Below, piece by piece: positions 22,301-33,647 of a stretch of 33,647 bases of DNA. Within the stretch, counting starts at the first letter, position 1. Every line of letters begins with the position of its first letter. The position numbers and the translations under genes were made by a program. The notes beneath the pieces are model-generated. The model searched no databases. It was not told the DNA's origin and was given only the letters and a program-made list of their open reading frames with translations. Origin of the DNA: Choristocarpus tenellus KU-1152 (taxonomy: Eukaryota > Protista > Phaeophyceae); assembly GCA_964200185.2 (NCBI GenBank), contig CAXNAD020000059.1, positions 1 to 33,647 on the forward strand, written 5' to 3'.

Positions 22301-25300
22301 GTGTTGGAATGACTTCGATTCAAACCTTTGGAGTGTCACTAACCTCAACATGGATTTTTTTTGTAACTGTTGTTTGGTTGTTTATTTTCTTGTGCGCGCA
22401 CCCTCTGCTTCAAATTTCTTCTGTTGAGACTTGCTTTTCTTATTTCTTACTTTGTACTACGAAAACCTTGCTTCCTTTTTTTTAATCTCTTTATTTGTAC
22501 TACAAAAATCTTCAACTCACAACACTACATAGATAACTTTTCTTTGGTTGGGGGCATGTTAGTTGCCTGTACATTGAGGGGTGGGGGGATATATAGCATA
22601 GATTGCAACACGTAAGACTATGAGGCTGCAGCCAGCAGAAAAGATGATGTTTGGTTAGGGTTAGGGTTGCACTATAAACTTTATCTCTGGTGCTGCTGGC
22701 GTGTATTTTCTCACTTTTAGTAGTGACTATCAGTGGTAGAGTGTGTGCACACTCCAAAACAAAAATCGGCACAATTGTTCTTATTTTTCGTTTCTTTTTA
22801 TTGGTGGGAAGAGGCGTGGTATGTTTTGTTTGAAGATGTCCACGGTGCTGTTGTTTTGTGCAGACCACAGAATATTTTGGTGTGCGGCAAAATGTTTTTT
22901 TAGTCTTGATCGTGTCTGCTGAGCCCCTCCTGTACAAAAAGGACAAAAAGGTCCTACTTTACAAGTTTGAAATGTGGAAATGCATGAAATGAGCTCTTTA
23001 GAGGAAATTCAGGAGGAAAAAAACTTAGGGTTAGGGTCCTACTCACTCTTCGGGGGGTATTTTTAAGGTACAGATGAGAACTCCATCTGTAATGATTCAG
23101 ATTTCTCTAGGTAATGGCTCTTGTGAAAGGTATTTGTCTAGCACAAACATTCCAGTCTAACCCTAACCCTAACAGCTCTAATATTTCATGCCTACGGTAC
23201 TCTATTTGTCAGAAGTTATTGATAACCTTTCGGGATCAATTTGCACAATATTATTAATATTTGTCCCCCCTGTTGATCAGACGTATCACGTTCCACTGTA
23301 TTAGGGTTAGGGTAATGAATTGTTAAATGTAAATGGATCGCAATTAATTGAAACTGAAAATTGAGGCTCTTTTTGATTGGGTCGAATTTCCTGCCCTATT
23401 CGTGACTCTTGCGTATTTTGATTCTTGTTGAGGACAAAAAAAAATAGAGTTAATTTAACCTTCAATCGACCACACTATTGTTGTACTTTTGAAACAAAAC
23501 CTATTCTTACCAAAAGACCACTCCACAGTGGTAAGAAATATCAGAAGAAGTGGATAGGTGGCATGTCTGAGATTCAAATCTGATCCTCTCTTGCTTCAAT
23601 TTTTTCTTGCCTCAAGAATCACTGGAGATAGATTGGTTAAGGTCTTTAAGTATTGACTGTCCCTTGTGTTTGCCAAATTATATTGAAACCTTAGGTCATT
23701 TGATTTGTTTGCTTCTGTATTTTAGATCCCTTGTCTTCTTTTGTCAGTTCCAGGGTTGGGGTTAGGGTTGTGGAGATAAACTACAGTGTTTTTTTGATGA
23801 AGACATGTTTTGTTGCCATTATAGTTCTGATTCTGGAGAAGGTCTGTGCTCTGCTAGATCCACCTGTGCAGAACTAGTCCAGTTTTTTAATTTTCTTTTT
23901 TTGTGGCATTTGCACCTCTTACGACCTTAAACCTAGTTTGTTTCAGTTACACAACTCAACTTTCAGTGTGATTATGAACCAAATGCCGTGAAAGGTCAGC
24001 GATTTTTCCTTGTAATATCAAGAGCATGCCTCATGGAACGCTACTTTGATTGACTGCGTACCCAGCTACCTCCTTATCAATATTGCAATGTAACTGCAAC
24101 CGTTTGTGTTGGCCATGTGGGAACAGAAGACTCTAAATCTGGGGTGATGGTTCGTGCTGGGGTCTTGGGGTCGTCAACATCAACTGCAGTTGTGGCACAA
24201 GGTGGACGTTATCAGGGGACGGAGCTGGATGTCAGGTATCCCGCTTGTTGATCTAAGATAATCAGTGTTGCCCAGTGCGTGTTTTTCAAATGCAGGGTAT
24301 GCTAGGCAGGTTATTTTGGGGGGGGAGTCATACAGGGATCAAATATTGCACACTTTTTGTTCTTTTTTCAAATAGTTACGTAGGGTTAGGGTTAGGGTTG
24401 GGTTTTTTGAAGGAGAAAATACATGCGCAGGACTGTAATTTTCTGGATCTTCTTGTCTCCGCTTGAACTGTTCTGCGCAACAATCTTGAAGTAGTATTGC
24501 TCTCTCTGTCCTCTTGAAAGTGACAGGAAGAAATGCACTTTCAGTGTTAGGGTTAGGGTTAGAGGTTGTGAGTATGGCACAGATTATTTGTTCTCCTTGC
24601 ATCAACATCTCCAGTAGACTATACTTACAAGGAGATTCAATATTTCATAGCTTAGGGTTAGGGTTAGCTCAGAAACAAGTTGTGCTTAGAAGGGGATCGG
24701 TTTGTCTGATGCTTGTCGAGTTTTTTTTCAAAATTGAGAGGAACTGTGGAGGCAATGATAAAACAAAAAGAACTAATTTCAAAATTAGGATTGCTTCTTC
24801 AACCCTGACAATGTTTTTTGTTGTGAATATTTCTTTGATGTGTTGACATCACTCCATGGCTCTGCTGGTTCAGCACTTAAATACTATGTTCTATTTCATG
24901 AAATAACTAATACATCAAAAGCAGGGATGTGATGAAAATAAATATTAATGAGATACATGTTTGATGAGCTCTTCAACACATGAATCAGTATCGCTTCCCC
25001 CTCTTTCCTAATCACAATCCCCGTACATTTCTGTGCCAACTTTATCTACCACGTGTTTGATTTCACCCAGTGAGGCATCCCAGAACCAACAGCTTGTTCG
25101 TGTCACTGACTTAGGAGTGGTGATTGGTCCAATGGTCGCCCGTGAGGTGGCAAAGGAGCTCGGTGTGATGGAAGTCAAAATGAAGGTGGGCTGAGACATC
25201 CGAAATTGTACCTTTACTTGGAATACTCGCTGAAATTGTCAAACAAAGAGTTCCCTAAGCATATCAGACATTGTTATCACGTTATAGATGCTGTGAATAG

Positions 25301-27519
25301 CAGAGGGGTTTTTGTGTGAAGTAAGGCATGGTTTAGTGTTAGGGTTAGGACTTCGGCGCTTTTTCCACAAAATCCCACGCTTCTGATTTCCAAATAAAAC
25401 TTTCTTGTTCAGATCTGTGCAAAAGAGGAATGCCAGAGTTCATGGTCAAACACTCTATTGAGGTAGCAGCAAAAGTCAGATTTTATCAAGCAATGATGTG
25501 ACTGTCCAATTTAACAGGACTTTTCATCAAGGTGAACAAATATGAACAGTCCAGGACATGGGCTGGAGTGGTTTCAATATTTCCTGAAATGTCCAGACCG
25601 GGTTCACCAAAGATCGTATCTGAACCGGACAGTAGACAGGGCTGTGACCACATTAATGCAGGGATAGTGTGTAGTTGGATGACCATGTTCAATCCCAATG
25701 ACTTCTTGATGGTGGGAAAGAATGATTTGACTGACTGCACACTACGTAGTACATACTTTTTTTTTTCTTTTGTATTTTGAATTATTTGACAATATTTACC
25801 GAGTTGGATCAGTTAAAAATAATGATTTTTCATACAGGATGGTTAACTATTTGAGCATGGCAGGGTCAAGGGCTGCCCTGCAGCCATGCTGACTGCCTGG
25901 ACTGATGATCAGCCCTGAAACTAATACCAAGCAGAAATATATATAGTTATGGCAATATGACGGAAACACGATTGAGTTGCATAATTGAGTTGATTGTTGA
26001 TAGGCTGCTTTGTGGGAGAGCTGTACTATGTGCCGCTTCAGTGAATAGGGGTCGGGTGAGTTCATTGTAAGATTCAGGTGCTATCCCTGTGAAATATTTG
26101 CATGTGTGTTGTGTCTTCATCTGCTGTACTTACTCGGTGCTGATAGTGCTGATACTATTTTGTAGTGGGTTCAAGCCCATGTGTGTGGTTGTTGACGAGT
26201 TGAGTCTCTGCTCAACGCTTCAGCAAGATCTTGGTGGCGTTTTCTTAGTGCACTAGAGTTCGCTATGCACTTTCCTGTCCTTGGTATTGGTGAAAGTAGT
26301 ATGGATTGGTTTTTGCCATGATGCTAACCATTCAAATGCTGTCGCCCTTGGACATATATTTTGATGTACCTAAAATATCATGACATGTAATTAGGGTTAG
26401 GGTTAGCGTACCTGTAACATTGTGTGTTGAGAGTGTTGGTGGGGTTGTATTTTTGTTTTGGGTCCCATCAATGTTTTTTGCTGCAAGCTAAGCAGTGATA
26501 AGAAATTTCTTTCTGAGAGAGTTGTATGCATCGTGCTTAGGATTACCAAGGCTCGTTTTAACCCTAGAGCCTATCCCTTCTTTTGAGAAACACAAGATTA
26601 GGTGTATGCAAATCTGATAATACTCTTGTTGAGTTAGGATTAGGTTTAGTTGGCAATGTACAGAATTGACATTACTTGTCTGCTTTTCCAGAGTGACAAA
26701 GTCATTGTCTTCCTCTCTTCTCGATTTTCGCACTCATGTAATCACATTGACTCACAGTGTCTTGAACAGGAGCTATATTCTGTTTCATCCATGACATAGT
26801 TGAAAAGATGGTTACTGTTCACGAGCTCAGTTTGATTCCTTTCTTCTCACATCTCTTCTCATTTTTGAAAAAATGCACATTGTACGACAACAATCAAGGG
26901 TGATCTGGATGCAGCTATGCTCACCATGAAGCAGGAGATCCACATGATAGACCAGCAGGGCTCTAAAGCAAGAACTAAGATGGAAAAGAGAATCAGCAGG
27001 GGACTCAAGGGTCTCCTCAACCGCATCCAGATGCTTGAGCGCCGATATGCTGCAATTGAGATGGATAACCCTGTAGAGGACGGGGGCCACCGTCGCATCA
27101 GTGGGGATAGCCTGGAATCTATTGAGGAGGAACGGAGTCGAAAGCAACCCCCTTGGCCAATGCAAATAGGTAAATATGGACATGGGGCAGTAAGCTCGTT
27201 GCCAGCAGAGGAGGGGGAATCAGTTGCAGGTGCCGAGGGAATGAAATCCATTGCTGGTGTTGGTATCTCTGATCCTGTGACTGGTTCGGTGGGGGAAGGA
27301 GAGGAGGAGGAGGAGGAGGAGGCTGCAGCAGAAGCTGACATGATCAGGCGTTTGGAGGAGAAGATGTCAGCACTGGAGCTTAAGCTACGTGGGCATGAAG
27401 AGAGGCAGATCAATGACCGAGGAAGAGCCAAAGTGAGGAGCAATGGCTACCAGGGTGCAGCTGGGAGGGGGGTTGGAAATGATAGCATTTCTGGTGACAC
27501 TAGCCCAGAGGCTAGGTAG
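19314..27519 (+). CDS. RNI-like (NLRC3/LRR_6-type) leucine-rich repeat protein with disordered Ser/Gly/Arg-rich middle and C-terminal coiled coil, ~1104 aa
   Basis: Phase-consistent exons: 19314-19506, 19780-19995, 20130-22190, 24127-24235, 25071-25185, 26899-27519. RI-type repeats: GNTTLRHLGLGGNNVGDMGCKSLG, LTSLDLSNAQVG, LQVLDISDNKL, IRKLYMAGNCLQDRGMMALA, LDVGRNNIGDKGVNWLA, LLLRDNSITHEGARELA, LRDLDISCNVITVQG, LTRLDASGCMLGPD. The last exon carries LKGLLNRIQMLERR and MIRRLEEKMSALELKL. The last three exons are less certain than the first three. Confidence 0.85.
22655..26406 (+). repeat. Cluster of short interstitial telomere-type (TTAGGG)2-3 tracts in LRR-gene introns
   Basis: TTAGGG tandem tracts at 22655, 23025, 23301, 24381, 24547, 24652, 25339 and 26391; one in CCCTAA orientation at 23157-23173. 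Confidence 0.9.
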
Positions 27520-29379
27520 TGAGGGAGAGTGTAGTTGGATGAAACGGTGTCTGTCAGGGCTGGTTGCCCTTAGTTTGGTGGGGCTGTTGGGGATTGATGG
27601 ATCTGGTCCCTGTTAGATGTGGTGATAGTGTTTGACTGTATTGGGAAGGTTATGTATGAGTGGAGTGTTCATTGAAAGTTGTTGATCCTGGGGCTTTCTG
27701 AAAAGGGGCTTGCGCATTGTGTGGGGTTTGACTGTTGGTTTTAACAGCCAGCACACTTGAGAAGAGATAGTCCGGTAGCTGCTCTATTCCTGTGCCGGTA
27801 GTTGTGCTTCCTGGTCATTATTGAATGCTTGGCAGTATTATGCCATGCTGCTTGGCATCCATAAGCAAGCTCAATTAATCCCTTGTGGAAAGGTTGCGTG
27901 CATACTATTGTAGACAATACATATTGATAGCATCAGGGGCGTCAGCCACCCCCAGAGCGTTGTACTTCAAGATGGCCTAGTTGAAGAAGTAATGAAATAC
28001 ATGGTGCCCTACAGCATGCTGTAGTAGAAGGGGTGTGTGTTGTGGGAAGTTAGGTTACGAAGAGGGGAAGCAGCTACGGTGCTTCTAGTTGGGGGTGGAA
28101 AGGGGAGTTGGAAGAGGCACAGTTGGATGGGATGAGAGCAGCCACCCACAGGTGCTCCTGTATGCTCTGGTAGTTTTTTTTCCTGCAGGTCTGAGTGATT
28201 GAATCTGGGTCAGGGGGGGTATTTATATCTTGTGGATTGTTATTATTTTTATCTTGGTGTCTGGTGTACCTACAATGGTTGATGTTCGTGGTCACAAAAA
28301 AGTGGATGCAGAATTTGAAGGCTGGCTGGATTGTTCATGAGCACCTGAGATGCTGGCTGGGGGTTATTAAGGACTAGGGTATGGGAAGGGTATGAAGGGA
28401 GTTATTCCTCAGTTACCTTTCCTTTTTTTTGTCGAGGATGGATGTACAGGTGGTTTGACAGGGAACAAGCCGTAGATTTCCAGGTTTGGGGTCTGAATTT
28501 TCTGCGCTGCTGTAATGAGAAGGACAGTTTCAAGGGAGGACAAAATGGCAACTATGAAGGATGTCAAGTGAAGCAGTTGCATTGCTGAGATTTTTTTAAG
28601 GCAATGGGTTTGTAGTACTGGAAGAGGCTTGAATAGTGTAGATGAGAGAGTATCGGAGCTTTGTGGTGTTCGTTAGCGCCTGGGCAAGAAATGGATTGGT
28701 TTGAGGGATGCTGTGTGTAAAGTACAAAAACGTGGTTGTGCTTATTGAGCTGCACCCACAGGGCCATTCTGTGGGTGTTGCTTATTTTTGCCTTTCTTGC
28801 TATTTGAATGGAAGAGTATTTGTGCAGTAATGACAATACTTTTGAGAATTTATATTATCACTGAAGATGGAAGTGGCTGTGTGTGTTGATCGATCAACCC
28901 AAACCATGAAATATATCACACCAGGTAGTGGTCAACCCAAACAGAGGAGATAGAAATTGTGTGAAATGATGAAAAATAAAAGAGATTGAATGTTCGGCAC
29001 CTTTCATGTTGCTCCTATTGATGACAGAGTGTGAGGTTTGGTGCAAGTGGTTAATCATTTAGTGGCAAGAAGAAATGTTCTTTTTCCAAGCTGCTGTCCA
29101 TCCAATGTCAGCTACATAGTTCAACACTTCGTGGGATGCGTCAATGATTAAGCTCAGTCGCCTCAAATTGACTGGTGCCACAATTGATGGGACCTCACTA
29201 CTCTATGAAATTTGGCACAGTAAGTGTCTTTTTGGAGGAGGCTTGTCAAGAAAATGCATATGGTCCAACGAAATGACATTCTAGGAATTTTTCGATAGTC
29301 AATGATGAAAATAACCAAGTAACAATTGACACAATTCATAATATGAACGACCACAACATCTGGTTCCCCCATCATTATA

Positions 29380-30700
29380 CCATCTTGGGGTAAGTGCAGG
29401 GGTGGGGTTCGCACCTCTGCCTGACCAAAGTTTGGGTGATACAGATGGCACATGGTGTGTTTCCTCTGTGTGGTGCTGTGTTCAACCTCCCAAGTTTACG
29501 ATATACCTGACCCACTCACTTCATTTGCCAACGGTCCTTGAACTGGTTACAGGAACCATCCAAGAAAATGTGGAGCAAATTGAGAACCTGTCCATATCCT
29601 GTGGCCAAGGCATTAAATTGCTTGATGATCAGCTTCTCGAGCAAGTGCTGCAAAAATAGGTTACTATCCTGCACAGTGTCAGTGCTGACAACTATGACGC
29701 TGTGTGCCCTCATCCGGCCCATGAGTATCCCTTTCCTACTGAAGTCTCTCATCTAGTCAACAACCAAATTGACCAGCTGAACTCATGACCATCTTGAAGA
29801 ATTGAACTTCTGTCATGTCTTGAACTGCGTGGCCATAGTGTGACTTGAAGTCGATCAATATGATTTTGTGCCCTTGCGGGTTTGTAATTGTATATGGTAT
29901 ACTGCGTTGGCCTGTCTCTTTTGTCTTTTGCATCGTTTTAGCTCGCAGAGATAATGTCTTCTCGTCGTAGTCAAGGACTACAACAAAGATTTGGGAGAAC
30001 TCTTTTGTCACCAGAAAGAACACCAAGACGTTTGGCACATACGCTGGTGTTTATGGGGGAGAGAAGGGATTCGGTGAAAAAACAGTCGTGGAGAAATTTC
30101 CCCAATAAGGAATTTATTGAGCGTACTGAACCAACCATGTGTGTAGATATGATAATGAATGTTAAGGATGCTTACATATGTTGTAAATTGGTCCATCATT
30201 TTCACCCCTCCATAATACCACACACCAGAAATAAGTGCAAACAAACTTCAAGCTCACCATCTTCCTAGCTTTAGCGGACTTTGTGCTTGGACCATAGGAT
30301 CTGTTGTCGATGACGATGGTAGCGGGGCTATCTTGACTGGATAGGCTGGAAGTCACAATATGGTCATCATTCATCATTCCGCCCAACATAAGCTCTTCAT
30401 ACTTGGCTTGGATGCTGTTGATAATCAGCACCTTTCTTATGTAAGGGGCAAGGAATACAGCTAGTGTCTGAAGGAAATATGACTAGGAAGATTTTGTGTT
30501 CGGTTTAGGATGTCGTTACGTAGGGACACATAACAGGGGCAATACAGAAATGAAGTGTATAGTGAACACAAGTAGGTACGGGCAGCAGAACGGGTAGTTG
30601 GTGCATGTGGGAATTTTGTGTATGCTCGACACACAAGGGAAGAACGGATAAATGTCTTCTGTTGGAGAGAGAGGAAGACAATGTATTGTACATTCCCCAT
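29380..30700 (-). mobile_element. Decayed DNA-transposon transposase (pseudogene), most similar to Sola2-type DDD transposases
   Basis: Motifs in collinear order across stops and frameshifts: PLCVEH (tentative); IILIDFKSHYGHAVQDMTEVQFF (~29865-29797, cf. DFSENY...QDEVQS); HSVIVVSTDTVQD (cf. S-x3-ISDD-x2-HD); HIFLDGSCNQFKDR (cf. SDG-x3-QFKN); then, after a TGA in the same frame, TAPHRGNTPCA (cf. AP-x-HGKGPCD). Boundaries are approximate and no TIRs were found. Family assignment is from recalled motif patterns. Confidence 0.68.
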
Positions 30701-30840
30701 GTTCAATTAATACCTTGAGAACCCTGCCAAAAACATTTAGACTGCAGGTCGTCAAAAACACGAATGAAAAAAATGTTGGCGCTCAAGCCGCTATCGGCAC
30801 CTCACAGAAATTGAGAAGATGAGAACCACAAACACCAGTA

Positions 30841-32170
30841 TTGAACCATCCAGGCATTGCAAAACTCAAAACAATTATAATTCTTCAACATCTTGCACTC
30901 AAGTCGAAATTAGTATCTTATGGATATGGAGTGGATACTAAGCGGTTAAAAACGGTAGAATAACATCTTTGGATCCATCCAAGCCATGTGTTACTCAAAC
31001 TTACGTACAACACTCCAAAATGTTGGTGCCAATATCGCTATTTCTATCTTATATGTATAGCACATATATTCAAAATCCAAATAGTATCATCTCTTACTGG
31101 AAAAAATCCAAGCGACGTTTATCTGATATTCTGATAAATACTTCAAAATATTGTTCCCCAAGTTAACCTTACTATCTTATTGGATATATCCAAGAAAAAC
31201 GATAAAAAACATTTTTTCGATCCATCCAAGCGATGTGTACCTGCTACTTCTGAAAAAAATCGCAAATGTTCCCACTCAAGCCACTAATACTATCTTATGG
31301 ATATGGGACAGCTATTGGGCAAGCGTCAAACAACAGTTTGAACCCATTCAGCAACGTGTAATCTGATAAATATTTTTAAATACTTCCGCTCAAGTCAATC
31401 TTACTACCTTATAGATATAGACAAGACGAAACAGTCAAACATCCATTTGGGATCCATCCAAGAAATTTTGTAACCTCTTCTTCTGAAAAATATTTCAAAA
31501 TGTTGCCACTCGAGGCACCTAAAGTATGTTACGGAAATGGGGCGGATATTGGGCAAGTACAAGGGTCAAATACTAACTTGGGATCTATCCAAGCAACGTG
31601 TAACGGCTACTTCAGCAAATTCTTCGAAATTGCGCTCAAGTAACTATTATGTATGTGGGGCAGATATTGAGCGGGTGGAACTGTCAAAGTTCCATTTGGG
31701 ATCCATTAAAGCGATCTGTAACGGGTAGTTATACAAAATACTCCAAAATGTTGTTGCTCAAGTCACCATTAGTACCTTTTGTGTATAGGGCAGATATTGG
31801 TCGTGTGCAGAGATCAAAGTTACGTTTGGGATCCATCCAAGCGATGTGTACCTGCTACTTCTGGAAAGTACTTCAAAATGTTGTCACTCAATTCACCCTT
31901 GGAATATTATGTGTATGGGACAATTTTTGGGGAGGGGTGACAATCCAGAATTCAAGTTGGCATCCATTGAAACGACGAGTATCTGCTAATTCACATAATA
32001 TTAAAATATTGCCGTTGATTCACCATTGGTATTTTCTGGACATTGGGCAGATGTTGACCAGATGCAAAGGTCAAAACAAACGTTTTGAATACTTTGAAAC
32101 GATCTGTAACTGCTACATTCGCGAAATAATTCAAGATACTGTCCCTCAAGTTGTCACTAGTATGTTATGT
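30841..32170 (+). repeat. Degenerate tandem array, ~11 units of 111-131 bp (full unit ~130 bp)
   Basis: A GATCCATCCAAGCGATGTGTA-like anchor recurs near 30843, 30972, 31100, 31219, 31340, 31451, 31582, 31700, 31830, 31960 and 32087. Each is followed by variants of CTYCAAAATGTTG..CTCAAGT...TATCTTATGGATATGGG.CAGATATTG. Confidence 0.9.
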
Positions 32171-33647
32171 ACACATGCTCATGGGCGGGCACTTCTTACT
32201 TAGCCCCTCTAGAGCCATTCTCTTCATCGCTGCCATACGGGAAAAAGAGGTGTGTTGGATGGAGTGCGCATCATTCTCGTGCCGTTTACTCCACCTAATC
32301 AGAAAACAACACCTTCGAGACCCAACCGGACAGGAACAGGAAACAACAGAGGCAAGAATCGTCAACTTGACAATGGATAATCGTATTTCAGTCCATTCTG
32401 CATCGATATCACACGGGCTCTAGACACACGTATTTCATTATCGCCCTGTGACATTTGACTTCAACAACGATAGAGGATACAAACATCTCGGCATAGACGA
32501 AGCAGGGAAGTCTCTGCCACAATCACTGACAAAGTGAGTAGGTACTTACTCCCTGGGCTTGACAGCAAAGAGGAACGGCCGGTCACCATCTAGGTGGTCT
32601 ACCGGAGAATGTCATCCCATCACCCATCAACAGCAATGTTGAATAGGCTCGTTTCAAGCTTCTAGTGTTTGGTTGTCTCCTGACAAGTTGTAGGTACCAA
32701 GCGCGATGCGTTGTAGATCATGCTTGAGGCTGTTGCATTCGTCGAATTGAGCAGATATAGACATGGAGCGAGTAACTCTCACCCCTCCCAGCCACAACAC
32801 ATGATCGATGTTCTTCCCCTCTAACCAGATGGTAGTGCCACACAAGGTTAGCCTCCATCCTCCATGGACAGAAGGTTACTCTGTCAAACGACAAACTCCA
32901 AATAGCTATTGATGTTGAAATTGAAAAAGGAGGAAGGGAAGGAAGCCTTCGAAGCAATAATAACAAGTGGTACGACTTCCAAACAAACCAACCACACCAA
33001 CCCACTACCTAGATACGGAAGGGTCGTGTTTGCAAATTGCTTTGACCCCACCCACAGATTGTTGAAAGAGGTGGGCGGTAGCCATGTGGGATTCCAATCG
33101 CGTTCGTATCTCCAAGCAAGAAGGGGCCTTGGTGAGTAGGTGGTGGGTCGAATCCATTCTTACTTGGTACACCATTTGGCAAGTGTGATACTAACTTGAA
33201 TCGGCAATATCTTGCGCTGAGCTCGGAACTTCTCTTCAGCACTTGGCTACCTTTCAACTCCTCTCTCGCGTGCCATACATTGTACCGCGGTCACCTGACA
33301 TCCTACATCCACGTTCTTTCCCATCAGATGCAATACATCTTGCCACCATGGCTGACAGACGTTGGCCCTCGTGCAGACCCTCGTGTATGCGATGAAAGAG
33401 ATGGCTGGCCTCTCCGCTCCGTAGAGAAATGTTTGTGAGACGAAGGCACGACCAAGACACCTTCACCTTGCCCGCAGGTGAGCTGTGCGAATATGGGCAA
33501 GCAACAATGTTGTGTTCGATGATTGGCGAGGACCCGAAGACTGTCGAGATTGTGCACTTGTTGGGCCTGGTGAAGTCGCTCTATCGTACTGTCGTGATAC
33601 GGTCGCCCGAACTCACCGTAACTGCACTCATATCGTAATTGATGACC

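Noticed and set aside
30841-32170. CRISPR-like repeat/spacer reading of the 130 bp array
   Set aside because: The variable parts are homologous to each other (GGGCAGATATTG...GTCAAA...TTTGG), the cores are degenerate, the context is eukaryotic, and no cas-like ORFs are present.
31649-32203. 184 aa ORF inside the array as a repeat protein
   Set aside because: The unit is ~130 bp, so successive units are read in different frames (WDPLKR versus LGSIQA). It is most likely a chance open frame.

Overview
Eukaryotic, intron-rich genomic DNA (GT-AG introns of about 0.13-1.9 kb, scattered TTAGGG tracts, two 10-N assembly gaps). The style suggests a brown alga or related stramenopile (inference). Most short ORFs in the track are noise or single exons. 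Joining exons by hand with phase-consistent splice sites gives three genes. (1) Minus strand, 10795 to beyond position 1: the N-terminal ~647 aa of a BLM/RECQ4A-type RecQ helicase with a GRF zinc finger; the helicase core lies just outside the window. (2) Minus strand, 18534-13503: a ~673 aa protein with a probable signal peptide, TPM/MOLO-1 domain, transmembrane helix, C3HC4 RING and Gly-rich GGGW tail, i.e. a receptor-like E3 ligase candidate. (3) Plus strand, 19314-27519: a ~1104 aa RNI/NLRC3-type LRR protein with a long disordered middle and a coiled-coil end, divergent from gene 2. Non-genic structure: a ~430 bp decayed foldback in a helicase intron, a TA-flanked TIR element with internal tandem repeats, a decayed Sola2-like transposase, an adjacent ~11-copy degenerate ~130 bp tandem array, and short telomeric tracts whose orientation appears to follow transcription direction. 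All gene models are manual and were not checked against databases or transcripts.
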